A program made the translations under genes and the position numbers. The notes beneath the pieces were generated by a model. The model did not search any database, was not told the origin of the DNA, and saw nothing but the letters and a program-made list of their open reading frames with translations. Positions 27,147-37,126 of a stretch of 64,000 nucleotides of DNA are shown here, piece after piece. Position 1 is the first letter of the stretch, and every line of letters begins with the position of its first letter. The stretch is from Patescibacteria group bacterium. GTDB lineage: Bacteria; Patescibacteriota; Microgenomatia; UBA8517. Where the stretch lies: positions 235,773-299,772 of the forward strand of contig JBGSJG010000004.1 in assembly GCA_041742135.1 (NCBI GenBank), in the 5' to 3' direction.

Positions 27147-27527
27147 ATGGGAAGCTGTTGTATGGAAATAGTTAAGCCTTTAGACAAAATCAGAACTGTC
27201 GTTAAAAATATAAGTTTATTGGGAGTGGTTTTGGTGTTTTTCTTTTTGGGCATGAGGTTTATTTTGCGCCTTGCAGGAGCAGAAGAAAGCAATATTTTTA
27301 CTGTTACAATTTACGCTGTTGCGGCCGCTCTAAAAGTGCCGTTTTTGGGAATATTTCCCAACCTTCGGCTTTACGAAGATGCATCCATAGATTTTGTCTC
27401 CCTGTTTTCAATTTTTGGTTACTGGGCAACTTTCGCGGTTATCTATGTGGCATTTGAAATTGTGACAAGAACTTTTATTCGGCTACGCAATATTGATAAC
27501 AATTACAGTCAGATGGAAAGGGGGTGA
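27147..27527 (+). CDS. Small membrane protein, possibly YggT-like
   Basis: It is 126 aa, and its IDFVSLFSIFGYW segment resembles the YggT D-F-S-P motif region. Confidence 0.3.
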   Translation: MGSCCMEIVKPLDKIRTVVKNISLLGVVLVFFFLGMRFILRLAGAEESNIFTVTIYAVAAALKVPFLGIFPNLRLYEDASIDFVSLFSIFGYWATFAVIYVAFEIVTRTFIRLRNIDNNYSQMERG

Positions 27528-27531
27528 TTAC

Positions 27532-27969
27532 ATGGCATTAACAAAATGGAATCCGTATCAGAGTTCGCCGTGGCCGCTTTGGCCCTTTTATCCTAAGGAT
27601 GATTGGGTAAGAGGTGACTCGGCGGATGGGCTTGACGTTTACGAAACAGATGGCGAGGTGGTAGTAGAAGCCGCAATTCCTGGGCTTCGCGACCGCGATG
27701 TTAACGTGAGCTTTGAGGACGGCATTTTGCGCGTCTGGGGAGAACGGGACATAAGTGATGGGGATCGTAAAAAGCGCAAGAACGTCTACCGTGAGTCCAC
27801 ATACACCAGCTTTGATTACATGACGACTCTTCCTAGAACAGTCGATCCAGACAAAATCTCAGCAGATGTTGAAGATGGCATTGTGTATGTGACGGCGCCC
27901 ATTGCGCGCGAAAGTAGGCCGAAACGTATTGAGGCAAAAAAACGGGCGGGTAAAAAGGATAATAAATAA
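27532..27969 (+). CDS. Hsp20/alpha-crystallin family small heat-shock protein
   Basis: DVYETDGEVVVEAAIPGL...VNVSFEDGILRVWGER. An RBS aagggggtg precedes the ATG at 27532. Confidence 0.8.
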   Translation: MALTKWNPYQSSPWPLWPFYPKDDWVRGDSADGLDVYETDGEVVVEAAIPGLRDRDVNVSFEDGILRVWGERDISDGDRKKRKNVYRESTYTSFDYMTTLPRTVDPDKISADVEDGIVYVTAPIARESRPKRIEAKKRAGKKDNK

Positions 27970-28123
27970 AGTTTCACCCCCTGATCATAACAACTTATGA
28001 AAGGGGGGTGTTACTATCTTGTGCCTTGGGGACAACTTCACACAAAGGATAATTATAGACCTCTTGGGAGAACAAGAAAATATTTAATAATTGGCCACAA
28101 AGAATATAATTTTGCTATAGGAG

Positions 28124-28393
28124 GTGATGTTTATTATGGTAGAAAATCAATGTGCATTGTTGAATCGAGGGCGCGAATTAGCACAAAGGCAAGGTCTGGA
28201 TGCAAGCCGTGTGACTTGTTGGTTAACAGACCCAAGTACGTGCGATGGGAGAAGATGTCCATTTGTGGCACCGGTTCGGCCGTTTATTAACGATACAGAT
28301 GCCTTTATTCAAGCAGTCGAAGCAGTAAAGGCTCCTGAGCAGGCGAAGTTTCTTGATGTACTGGAAAGGCATGAGGAGATTGTTGCAAAGTGA
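28124..28393 (+). CDS. Hypothetical small protein
   Basis: An aggagg RBS lies 7-10 nt upstream. The ORF is 89 aa. Confidence 0.35.
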   Translation: MMFIMVENQCALLNRGRELAQRQGLDASRVTCWLTDPSTCDGRRCPFVAPVRPFINDTDAFIQAVEAVKAPEQAKFLDVLERHEEIVAK

Positions 28394-28432
28394 TCTTAGA
28401 GGTACACTGGTGTTCATGCGATTTTTCATTTT

Positions 28433-28954
28433 ATGAGATACCTTCTAAACACAGAAATAGGGATGTTTGGTGTGTGGGACATGCATGCACTCGATTTTAT
28501 TGTCGACAAAGCAACATATAACGCAAATTTAGTTAATGACCGCGATATTGTCAGCCTAATCAACAATAAAGCAGTGGTGCTTTGGGGAACAGGTGGGGAT
28601 GGTCATAGACCTGTTGAAGTCAGAATTAACCCAGAAGCAGATCTGAGCGATGAGGAAAAGGAATACGAGGAGGTGGCGAGTGATGAGTATAAACTTGAGG
28701 TAAATTCTGGCAAGGTCATTATTGGTTCACCCGAGTGGGCAGGAAGTGTTCAGGAAGAGGGCTTAGCTGATGAATATACAGGAATAAAATCATTTGAATT
28801 GCCAAATGGGGTGTATTTGGTAAAAGTATATTTTTTAGCTTGGGATTTTGATAACCCGGATTTTGAGGATAAGCCTGAATATGTGATTGTTATTAATAAA
28901 GCTTCGGAGGGGCACGCCTTCAAAGAGCAAACTCAGTTTGCGGTACTGGGGTAA
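28433..28954 (+). CDS. Hypothetical protein
   Basis: 173-aa ORF. Confidence 0.4.
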   Translation: MRYLLNTEIGMFGVWDMHALDFIVDKATYNANLVNDRDIVSLINNKAVVLWGTGGDGHRPVEVRINPEADLSDEEKEYEEVASDEYKLEVNSGKVIIGSPEWAGSVQEEGLADEYTGIKSFELPNGVYLVKVYFLAWDFDNPDFEDKPEYVIVINKASEGHAFKEQTQFAVLG

Positions 28955-28956
28955 TC

Positions 28957-30138
28957 TTACAAATCGGCTTTAGGAGCACTTGTGTGCACGATCTTTTTTG
29001 CAAAAATAAGCGAGCCTGTCATGATTGCGCCAGAAGCAAGAAAAGCAAAATTGGCAGATACACCCGCAGATATGCCTCCGATGATTGGCCCTCCGATTTG
29101 CCCGAGTGAAGTAATTGATTGGTTAACTCCCAGAATTCCTCCCTGATCCTCGGCCTTGGTACGCTCAGAAATTAGCGAGGATAAAATTGGACCAATTGGG
29201 GAGGACACAATTGCATAAAACAGCAAAATTACAAAAAATGGCACAAAGCTGTGTACGAAAAATAAAGGCAAAATAAATGCAACTGAAAGCACAAGAGAAA
29301 TTAAAAGAATTTTGGGCTTGTTATGAAAGCGCGCCAAAAGCAGCCTGATCCCAACAGCTTGCATAATCACGGAAATAAGCCCGAAGGAAGCATAAAGCAG
29401 GCCAATGTCGCGAGCTGAAAGTGTTAGAACATCGTTACTAAAAGCTTGAAAGCCGATTATCCAGCAGTTTAGAGCAGTGGTGAAAATAAATGTGGCAATA
29501 AAGATGTTGCTAGTGCTTGAGTGAGTAAGCGCATTTTTGATCTTGTTTATGTCAAAATATGGCTCTCGGCTTGGTTGGCGCGAGCTTTTTTTGAGAGTTT
29601 CTCTTAAGAAGAAAGTACCCGCTACTGTTCCCGCCAGAGCCAGAAATGATGAAAACCAAAACGGGGCAGATAGGGAAATGGTACTAAGAAGCCCTCCTAA
29701 TGCTGGGCCAAATAGGAATCCAAAGCCAAATGCTGCTCCAAGTAATCCGAATGCTGCTGCTCGCTCGTGTCCTTCGGTGCTGTCTGCAATTACGGCCTGA
29801 GCCACCGAGATATTTCCTCCTGTGATTCCGTCAAGAATGCGAGCGACAAAAAGCATTGCCAAGCTTTGGGCAGATGCAAATAATGCCAAAGAAAGGCTAG
29901 TGCCGCCAAGGCACAAAAGTAGCAGAGGCTTCCTGCCATATTTATCAGACAGTCTGCCGATAATCGGAGTTGCCACAAGCTGAGCCAGTGAAAAGCTGGC
30001 AAAAAGAAGGCTAAGCCCCAAAGGATTAATTCCAAATCTCGAAGCGTACGGATACAAGAGTGGAATAATTGTGCCATAGCTTAAGGCATTAATAAGCATA
30101 ATGGCCATGAGAACTAAAAGAGCAGGATTTTTGCGCAT
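28957..30138 (-). CDS. MFS transporter
   Basis: It has 12 predicted helices and the MFS motif region GRLSDKYGRKPLLL. Confidence 0.75.
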   Translation of the reverse strand: MRKNPALLVLMAIMLINALSYGTIIPLLYPYASRFGINPLGLSLLFASFSLAQLVATPIIGRLSDKYGRKPLLLLCLGGTSLSLALFASAQSLAMLFVARILDGITGGNISVAQAVIADSTEGHERAAAFGLLGAAFGFGFLFGPALGGLLSTISLSAPFWFSSFLALAGTVAGTFFLRETLKKSSRQPSREPYFDINKIKNALTHSSTSNIFIATFIFTTALNCWIIGFQAFSNDVLTLSARDIGLLYASFGLISVIMQAVGIRLLLARFHNKPKILLISLVLSVAFILPLFFVHSFVPFFVILLFYAIVSSPIGPILSSLISERTKAEDQGGILGVNQSITSLGQIGGPIIGGISAGVSANFAFLASGAIMTGSLIFAKKIVHTSAPKADL

Positions 30139-30188
30139 ACGAAAGGAAATTATACCAGATTAGTTATATAATTCGCGCAGAGGCTACT

Positions 30189-30779
30189 ATGGATCTGGTT
30201 AGTTCCTTGGATCTTTTTGTAAACACTATATCGCTATTTGCGCTAGCTGTCTCCCTGTATGTTTTCTTCTCTGACACTATCCGCCGGTGGATATTTTTGG
30301 GCTTTAAACCAACGGCAATAATAATTATTTTTGATAGCAAAAGCGACCGAGTGCTTTTGGTTAATAAACCCTTAGTCCATAGTTCAAAAACAGATTACCC
30401 GTGGTTTTTCCCACAAGGAGGGATTTATTCTTCTGACTTAAATAATGTGGTAAATACTGTACTCGAGCGGGAATTTTCTCAAACGCCGAGCAGTTTTGAT
30501 TTTCATAGAGTAGTCACATTAGGGACAAAGATCACTCGACGCCGAGTTGAATCTAAACAATTTTACGGTTCGGTGAGTATATTTAGCAATCTTCGTGGAA
30601 AAGGGTATCTTGCATGCATAGTAGAGACAGATATCGATAAATTCGCAAAAAAGTCCAAGTTAGGTTTTGGTTTGAAACAGGTGAAAATTGCTAGTTTTGA
30701 TAAAGCTTTAACTATGATCGACCCCGTCAAGGCGAAGATGCTTAACGCGCACAAGGCACTGATAAGACATATAGATTAA
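30189..30779 (+). CDS. Hypothetical N-terminally anchored protein
   Basis: 196 aa, with one N-terminal TM. Confidence 0.4.
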   Translation: MDLVSSLDLFVNTISLFALAVSLYVFFSDTIRRWIFLGFKPTAIIIIFDSKSDRVLLVNKPLVHSSKTDYPWFFPQGGIYSSDLNNVVNTVLEREFSQTPSSFDFHRVVTLGTKITRRRVESKQFYGSVSIFSNLRGKGYLACIVETDIDKFAKKSKLGFGLKQVKIASFDKALTMIDPVKAKMLNAHKALIRHID

Positions 30780-31928
30780 TAGTGCCACCCCCAAGATAAA
30801 GGCAGTGTTTTTGGCAGATATTTGATCAGATATTGAGCCTATAAAATACGCAGCCAAAACGTATGGAACATTTTTTATCATATTAAAAGTCGAGATTGTT
30901 GTGGCCCTGTATTTGGACTCGGTATGTGCGTTTATGACGCTTGAGCTAAGATTGCCAAAAATTCCCTCAAATGAAGTTCTAACAATTAAAGAAAGGCCGC
31001 CAATAGCTAATCCCAAGAATGGAGAAACTAGAAGAGTTAAAGCAATAACAATCCCAACAAAGAGAATGGAAAAATTGTTTTTGAAGTACTTCGTTAATAT
31101 TGGAGTTGCCTGAGAAGACACGGCGGAAGTCAAATATATCACAGACCACAGTACTCCAAGTTCTGTTTCTTTAAAGCCAAATTCGACTCCTAGAAAACTG
31201 TTTAGCATCTCGCTTCCGATAACCACAACAAACCCAATAGACAGTAAAAGTATGGTTTTATTTTTCACTTCACCGATGCTAAATAATTGCTTGATACCTT
31301 GTTTTGTTTGATTAATAAAACTACTAATTGAAAACTTTATTGAATCGACACGCGGCTCAATCAGAAAAAACGCGGCAATGAGACCGACTGTGTAGCCAAC
31401 GCCGTTGGCGAAAAAGGGAAGCGTGGGATCAATTTTATACATAAAACCGCCGAGTACGCCACACATGGCTGGTGCAATCAAAGAAAGAGTATTGATGTTT
31501 GCGATTTTTTTGATGTAGCTATCTTCTTTGCCGTCTTGCTTTAAGCTATCAAACACTAAAGCATCAATAGTGCCCGAATACAGTGCGCCTCCGATGCACA
31601 TAACAAAAACAGAAGACAGTAATACTAAAAAACTGGGGGCGGTGGCCATCATGAATGCGCCGATTGCTTCAAACAGAAATGCTGCGATTAAAGTCTTCTT
31701 CTTGCCAAGTAAATCAGCAATTGCTCCAGTGGGGATTTCTGCGAGAGTTAGCGTGATGACAAGTGTCGTTTCAATAAGGCCAATGCCTGAATAATTTGTA
31801 AATCGAAGATAATAAAAAATCCAAATACCAAGCCAAAACCAAGTGTTTTTGGCAAAAGCCAAAACGTAGGCGATGCGAATGTTGTGATTAGCCACATCCA
31901 GATTATATTCTTTTTGGACTATTTTCAC
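30708..31928 (-). CDS. MFS transporter
   Basis: It has 12 predicted helices and GAIADLLGKKKT as a motif-A-like loop. Confidence 0.75.
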   Translation of the reverse strand: MKIVQKEYNLDVANHNIRIAYVLAFAKNTWFWLGIWIFYYLRFTNYSGIGLIETTLVITLTLAEIPTGAIADLLGKKKTLIAAFLFEAIGAFMMATAPSFLVLLSSVFVMCIGGALYSGTIDALVFDSLKQDGKEDSYIKKIANINTLSLIAPAMCGVLGGFMYKIDPTLPFFANGVGYTVGLIAAFFLIEPRVDSIKFSISSFINQTKQGIKQLFSIGEVKNKTILLLSIGFVVVIGSEMLNSFLGVEFGFKETELGVLWSVIYLTSAVSSQATPILTKYFKNNFSILFVGIVIALTLLVSPFLGLAIGGLSLIVRTSFEGIFGNLSSSVINAHTESKYRATTISTFNMIKNVPYVLAAYFIGSISDQISAKNTAFILGVALLIYMSYQCLVRVKHLRLDGVDHS

Positions 31929-32650
31929 TTAATGAAGTCAAGATTAATTTCCCTTCGATAACTCGAGTGTTTTCGTAGCCACTTTTGAGTCTGAATCATA
32001 ACGCTTTCCCACTTATTGATATAACTTTGGTAAGTCATTGGCTCCTCGCTGAGCGATAGATAGAGATCTTTACGCGTCTTTGGAGGTTTGTAAACAACAA
32101 TCAATTTTAACGTGTTCTTTCTCTCAAGGATTTCTTTTGACACGGATCTGACATGTTGAATTTCTAGTTCCTTAAGTGTTCGAGCAATCGATTTAGGGAA
32201 GAAAGGGTTATTAATATAGCTAAGAACCGGGGCAAGCATTGTTAGGTATTCCTTCTGAAAGACTACTGTGTTGTCTTGGTCGAGACTCTTCTCTTTACGA
32301 TAGAAATCTTTTTGAGAAGGGGTAAACGGAATAAGCTGGTTATCTGAATCAAATAATAATCTTATATTGCTAACCTCTTTGAGAAATTCAGTTACGGTCT
32401 GTAAATTCTTGTTTAGTAATTTGTTTTCTATTCCAAACTTATTGTAAAGAAGTAATGCTAAAAATAGCGTTGTCAAAGCGGCTAGTGAAGAAATGATGTT
32501 TGCCAAACTGTCAATTTTTTGCAAAGCTTGGCCTTCAGAATAAAAAACGACACTAAAAGCCAGACTGGCTAGAATTATTGTAGAAATGAGTAGTAAACTC
32601 TTCATGTAGTATTTGTATTGCAGGCCCGGAGGGAATCGAACCCCCAACAA
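31925..32650 (-). CDS. Hypothetical membrane-anchored protein
   Basis: 241 aa, with an N-terminal TM. Its 5' end abuts tRNA-Trp. Confidence 0.35.
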   Translation of the reverse strand: MLGVRFPPGLQYKYYMKSLLLISTIILASLAFSVVFYSEGQALQKIDSLANIISSLAALTTLFLALLLYNKFGIENKLLNKNLQTVTEFLKEVSNIRLLFDSDNQLIPFTPSQKDFYRKEKSLDQDNTVVFQKEYLTMLAPVLSYINNPFFPKSIARTLKELEIQHVRSVSKEILERKNTLKLIVVYKPPKTRKDLYLSLSEEPMTYQSYINKWESVMIQTQKWLRKHSSYRREINLDFIK

Positions 32651-32691
32651 AGGTTTTGGAGACCTCCGTTATACCATTTAACTACGGGCCT
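32621..32691 (-). tRNA. tRNA-Trp (anticodon CCA)
   Basis: It has the cloverleaf fold AGGCCCG/CGGGCCT acceptor, D-arm GTTA/TAAC, anticodon loop CTCCAAA, T-loop TTCGATT and discriminator G. No CCA is encoded. Confidence 0.85.
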
Positions 32692-32718
32692 AGGTAAAAC
32701 TAGTCTATTTTACCTTAT

Positions 32719-33114
32719 TTATTCTTCTGACGGAAATTGGTACACATAGTTCAGGGATTGAATTTGATTAGCAAATTTTTCTGCCTGCTTTTCTGAAATC
32801 AGGGCACTACTCACACCCATTTCCAAAAACCAAAGAAGTTTATTGGTTATGGCGCGCCGAACAACGGGATCTGTAATCATCGGGTCAGCTAGTACGGACA
32901 TTCCTTTACTGCAATGAAATTCTCTGCAAGTTTCGGGCTGATCAGAGGAGCCGTGTAAATCACAGCCCTCTGGTGTCATATGCTTACATTTTCCTATCTC
33001 AGGAGGCGGGGGTTCGAAACAGCACAAGTTGCACCTCTTGGCATCTTCTGTCAGACATCCAAGCCCACCAACAATATTGGGTACATTTGGGTGTTGAGAC
33101 TCAACCATCAGCAT
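32719..33114 (-). CDS. Cys-rich protein, YkgJ-like (C-x2-CC) putative metal-binding domain
   Basis: GCLTEDAKRCNLCCF...CKHMTPEGCDLHG...CREFHCS. Confidence 0.4.
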   Translation of the reverse strand: MLMVESQHPNVPNIVGGLGCLTEDAKRCNLCCFEPPPPEIGKCKHMTPEGCDLHGSSDQPETCREFHCSKGMSVLADPMITDPVVRRAITNKLLWFLEMGVSSALISEKQAEKFANQIQSLNYVYQFPSEE

Positions 33115-33134
33115 CTGTTATAATACTCTTCCTT

Positions 33135-33656
33135 ATGTCAGGAGAAAGAGGAATATTTTATGTGCCGCTATCAGCGGTTCCAAACACGGAGCGTCCTTCT
33201 AAAGATGAGTTTCGCCAAGTGCATTACCGAGGGGCAGGAGAAATACTTGCAATCAGACATCTGATTAATACTACGCGTAGCCCTCAGTACCCTATAGATT
33301 CTGAGCAGATTGAGCGAATCGTTGCCGCATCGACTAACCCTGATTGCGTGGTGGTAATGTCTGCTCAAAACAATGTAATGACTGGGCTTGGAGTAGGAGA
33401 AAAGCATGGAGACTCGGTCCTTTTGACTGACTTGGTTTTAAACCCTGGGCGACAAGGCTCTGGGGCAAGGGCGAAAGGGATAATTAACGAAATGGTGGCT
33501 GCAGCGGATGCGCAGGTGTCAGCAATTGTTTGTACAGATGCTTACATACAATTCTTTACCGAGCTTTATCCTGATAGTCAGCCCGTGACATTTGAAAGTG
33601 ATGAAGGGGATATGTTCATGATTTTTTGCAAAACTACCTCCAACCATGTCAGCTGA
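33135..33656 (+). CDS. GNAT-family N-acetyltransferase
   Basis: VLNPGRQGSGARAKGIINEM matches the GNAT motif A (Q/R-x-x-G-x-G/A). The start is moved to the internal ATG at 33135 to remove an opposite-strand overlap. Confidence 0.5.
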   Translation: MSGERGIFYVPLSAVPNTERPSKDEFRQVHYRGAGEILAIRHLINTTRSPQYPIDSEQIERIVAASTNPDCVVVMSAQNNVMTGLGVGEKHGDSVLLTDLVLNPGRQGSGARAKGIINEMVAAADAQVSAIVCTDAYIQFFTELYPDSQPVTFESDEGDMFMIFCKTTSNHVS

Positions 33657-34269
33657 ACACGACAAACGTCCTCGGAGACATCAAACGCCAATATTAAGTA
33701 AAATTGCTGAATCATTTGGGCGTATTGATACTGTTGTGAGTGAATCCGGAGCGCCAGTGTATACGACACCTAAGGACGCAGAGTCTGTTGCTATTGCCCT
33801 TGAAAGTTCTTTGTTTCGGGATTGGTACAGAGCACCTTCAATGGATGGTGGAGCCATTCTTATAGCTGTAGAGAATCTATCAGAATACGAGCCTTTCGAT
33901 TCTTTACGTGCTTTGGGGGAGAGCTTTGTCGATGGAAATATTGCACCTGATTTATCAGGAAAATTTTTTGCCCATCGAGTAAACGATCTTTGTCGAGAGA
34001 TTTCTGTCGACTGGAAATACAACGGGGGGTTGCAGGCATTAAACATAATAGGTAACTTGCAAAAGCGTGCGGTGGAGGCGGTTGTACTTAACCCAATGGC
34101 CATGGAATGGTTGTTTACTGATCAGCCCAACCCAAGCAAGGAGGATATTGAGCCGTTAGTCGCTGAGGCTACGATTCTCTTTGCGGCCGCAGCGCTAACT
34201 GAAGCGATGATGAATAAAATGGGTAGACAAATGGATGAGGAAGATCATCCAGGGGCGGGTGAAAACTAG
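33646..34269 (+). CDS. Hypothetical protein
   Basis: 207-aa ORF. Confidence 0.4.
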   Translation: MSAEHDKRPRRHQTPILSKIAESFGRIDTVVSESGAPVYTTPKDAESVAIALESSLFRDWYRAPSMDGGAILIAVENLSEYEPFDSLRALGESFVDGNIAPDLSGKFFAHRVNDLCREISVDWKYNGGLQALNIIGNLQKRAVEAVVLNPMAMEWLFTDQPNPSKEDIEPLVAEATILFAAAALTEAMMNKMGRQMDEEDHPGAGEN

Positions 34270-34281
34270 GAGGGATTTGTG

Positions 34282-34863
34282 TTAATCGTCTTTTTCGTCA
34301 ATCTCCAAATCTGAAACAATTCCACAAACATCTGTGATTACCAATGTATTCCCGTCTTGCTTGAAAACTGGTTTTACGTTCCAATTAATAACCGATATAT
34401 TGTTAGCACCAGTTTCTTCTCTCCACCTGCGGCCCAAGTCAGTTAGCGGGTCAGGTTCAGATAAATCCCGAGGGTGCTCTTGGCGATATTCATATTCTGC
34501 TTTAAAGAGCGTGTCTCCTTCAACAAATTCAGACACGGTGCAAGGGCATGTTTCGCCTTTGGTCGACATAGGCATTGGCGAGATCCCCACTTTTTCGATT
34601 CTCACTATCTTGATTGCAAAATCAAATTCTTGGCCGTTTACGCTCATTCTGATCATGTCGCCATCATGCTTTTCAGCTAATGCATTCGTCAAATCGGCAT
34701 ATTGTCTTAATTTTTCCATAGGGACTTCTTTGTAAGCTTTTAACGCTACTCTTCTGCTTGTCTCGGGTTCAATTCCTAAATACAAGCGAGACTCCGAGGC
34801 TTCAAGGGGCGCATATCGAAAATCAGAAGAATATTGACTTGGATCTATGTCTGTTTCAGACAT
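34282..34863 (-). CDS. Hypothetical protein
   Basis: 193-aa ORF ending at the rpmG stop. Confidence 0.4.
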   Translation of the reverse strand: MSETDIDPSQYSSDFRYAPLEASESRLYLGIEPETSRRVALKAYKEVPMEKLRQYADLTNALAEKHDGDMIRMSVNGQEFDFAIKIVRIEKVGISPMPMSTKGETCPCTVSEFVEGDTLFKAEYEYRQEHPRDLSEPDPLTDLGRRWREETGANNISVINWNVKPVFKQDGNTLVITDVCGIVSDLEIDEKDD

Positions 34864-35033
34864 TACTTAAGCTTAACGCTCTCTTTGTGGTCAGTTTGTT
34901 TTTTGCAAACTTTGCACCATTTTTTGAGGACCAACTTTTCCTCCATATTAACCTTGTTGCGAGTTGTGACGTAGTTTTGGTTTTTGCACCCAGCGCAAAC
35001 CATTGCTACTATTTCTCGATTTCCTTTTGCCAT
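34863..35033 (-). CDS. rpmG: 50S ribosomal protein L33
   Basis: MAKGNREIVAMVCAGCKNQNYVTTRNK...KKWCKVCKKQTDHKE has paired CxxC zinc-ribbon motifs. Confidence 0.8.
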   Translation of the reverse strand: MAKGNREIVAMVCAGCKNQNYVTTRNKVNMEEKLVLKKWCKVCKKQTDHKESVKLK

Positions 35034-35075
35034 AAGCGGTATTGTAGCAGAAAAGTCTGAAGCTAGCAAAAGTGA

Positions 35076-35146
35076 GCCTGGAAGTGGAATCGAACCACCG
35101 ACCCCTTTCTTACCAAGAAAGTGCTCTGCCCCTGAGCTATCCAGGC
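35076..35146 (-). tRNA. tRNA-Thr (anticodon GGT)
   Basis: Acceptor GCCTGGA/TCCAGGC and anticodon loop TTGGTAA. Confidence 0.85.
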
Positions 35147-35168
35147 TAGTAGCTGCTATTATAACATT

Positions 35169-36059
35169 ATGAAGTCAGTTCTTTTCTTCCTATTTTCCTT
35201 CGTATCGCTTGCGTTATTGGCGGTTTTATTTACACCCATTGGTCAGGTCGATGTGGATAAACCAGAAAGTGTAAGTGTAATTTTTGGCGGCGATGTAATG
35301 CTTGGCCGCAGTGTAATGACTACAGCTCTTCGGGCCAACGACCCAACTTATCCATTTCATAATATTGCCGATACGTTGTCAGAAGTTGATATCGCTTTTG
35401 TTAATCTGGAGAACCCAGTTGTAGACAACTGTCCTGAGCGTGTCGAAGGACTGGTTTTTTGTGCTGATCCCAAAATGACCCAAGGATTGGTTTATTCTGG
35501 GGTTGATATTGTAAATTTGGCAAACAACCACACGCTAAATTACGCCAAAGCCGGTTTTGAATCTACCAAGGCATATCTTTCAGATCAAAATATTAAATAC
35601 ACCGGAGACGGACAGCTGGTTGTCGTGAGCAAAAATGGCACGAGCTTTGGTTTTCTGGGCTTTGAAAAATCCCAGCAAGCAAGCCCTGCGCTAAGCCCCA
35701 CTGAAAGAAACTTAATTGAAGACTCAAATCAAAAAGTTGATGTACTAATCGTAGCCATGCACTGGGGAGTGGAATACAAAGATACTGCTTTGCCGGGAGT
35801 TACAAAACTGGCATACGAACTGGTCGATTTGGGAGCCGATGTGGTGGTTGGCCACCATCCGCACTGGGTTCAGAACATCGAAACGTACAAAGGCAAAAGA
35901 ATATATTACAGTTTGGGCAACTTAGTGTTCGATCAGATGTGGAGCGAGGAAACGAAGAAAGGCTTGTTGGTAAAATTGACTTTTGAAGGTGGGGAAGTGG
36001 TAGGGGAAGAATTAATAAATACTTATACCCACAAACTGGGCCAACCAGTCATTCGATAA
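35169..36059 (+). CDS. CapA-family (poly-gamma-glutamate biosynthesis-type) metallophosphoesterase
   Basis: N-terminal TM, IFGGDVMLGRSV, GHHPH. Confidence 0.7.
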   Translation: MKSVLFFLFSFVSLALLAVLFTPIGQVDVDKPESVSVIFGGDVMLGRSVMTTALRANDPTYPFHNIADTLSEVDIAFVNLENPVVDNCPERVEGLVFCADPKMTQGLVYSGVDIVNLANNHTLNYAKAGFESTKAYLSDQNIKYTGDGQLVVVSKNGTSFGFLGFEKSQQASPALSPTERNLIEDSNQKVDVLIVAMHWGVEYKDTALPGVTKLAYELVDLGADVVVGHHPHWVQNIETYKGKRIYYSLGNLVFDQMWSEETKKGLLVKLTFEGGEVVGEELINTYTHKLGQPVIR

Positions 36060-37119
36060 ACATCGCATCTCCAAAGCTATAAAATCTATATTTGTTTTCA
36101 ATGGCTTCTTTGTAAGCTATTCCTGCCACCGAGGAGTTGAAATCGATAAATTCATTGTCTGTGCCTGTCTGCGCAGGCAGGTTTGGTTTAGAAACAAAAG
36201 CACTGATAAGGGCCAAGAGGGTGGAGTGCGGAAGATGAAAGTTGGTAATTAGGCCATCAACAAATTTAAATTTGTACGGTGGGTAAATAAATATATCTGT
36301 TTCACCTGTTTTTGGCGTTAATTTGTTATTAACGGCAGCACTTTCGAGAACTCTTGTTGTAGTAGTTCCGACTGATATTATTCGTTTGCCGGCAGCCTTA
36401 GCTGCGTTTAGGCGGCTAGCTGTTTTTGGGTCTAAACTGAACCATTCAGAGTGCATTTTGTGATTAGCTAGGCTTTTCTCCTTGATAGGCAAAAATGTTC
36501 CAGCACCAACGTGGAGTGTTACGTATTCCATCTCTACGCCCTTATTTTTAAGTTTATCAATAAGTTCAGGTGTAAAATGAAACCCAGCAGTAGGAGCTGC
36601 GGCACTTCCTGATTCTTTGGCATAAACGGTTTGGTATTTCTCTCTCACTTGGTTTTCGCTAAGTTTTGTATCAATGTAGGGAGGAAGAGGTGTCAGCCCG
36701 CTTTTGGCAAGAATATCCATGAGCTCTTGCCCTTCAGTAAACACCTCTATTTGTACCGAATCAAAGGACTTTTTCGTAACTATTGCGTAAAAATTAGGGA
36801 ATAAGATAGTTCCACCAATTGGGGGTATGCCTTTCCCCAATATTTCCCAAACATTATTGCCAAGATTTTTAAGAAAGAGGACTTCAACTTTGCCACCACT
36901 TTCTTTTTTTCCGATTGCGCGCGCGGGAAACACTTTGGTGTTATTGAATACCAAAACGTCACGCGATGTCAGTAAATCACTGACATCTAAGAAATGTTTG
37001 TGCGAGATTGATGCAGTTTCGCGGTTTATGACAAGTAGTTTCGAATGATCCCTGGGAGACACAGGAGAGTTGGCAATTAATTCGCGAGGCAGATCGTAAT
37101 TAAGCTGAGAAAGAAGCAT
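36049..37119 (-). CDS. queA: S-adenosylmethionine:tRNA ribosyltransferase-isomerase
   Basis: LNYDLPRELIANSPVSPRDHSKLLV and the 356-aa length. Confidence 0.85.
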   Translation of the reverse strand: MLLSQLNYDLPRELIANSPVSPRDHSKLLVINRETASISHKHFLDVSDLLTSRDVLVFNNTKVFPARAIGKKESGGKVEVLFLKNLGNNVWEILGKGIPPIGGTILFPNFYAIVTKKSFDSVQIEVFTEGQELMDILAKSGLTPLPPYIDTKLSENQVREKYQTVYAKESGSAAAPTAGFHFTPELIDKLKNKGVEMEYVTLHVGAGTFLPIKEKSLANHKMHSEWFSLDPKTASRLNAAKAAGKRIISVGTTTTRVLESAAVNNKLTPKTGETDIFIYPPYKFKFVDGLITNFHLPHSTLLALISAFVSKPNLPAQTGTDNEFIDFNSSVAGIAYKEAIENKYRFYSFGDAMFIE

Positions 37120-37126
37120 CTATCTA

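Noticed and set aside
27997-28290. 97-aa ORF (MKGGCYYLVPWGQ...)
   Set aside because: It overlaps the better-supported 28124-28393 ORF, which has an aggagg RBS, in another frame, and it has no RBS of its own.
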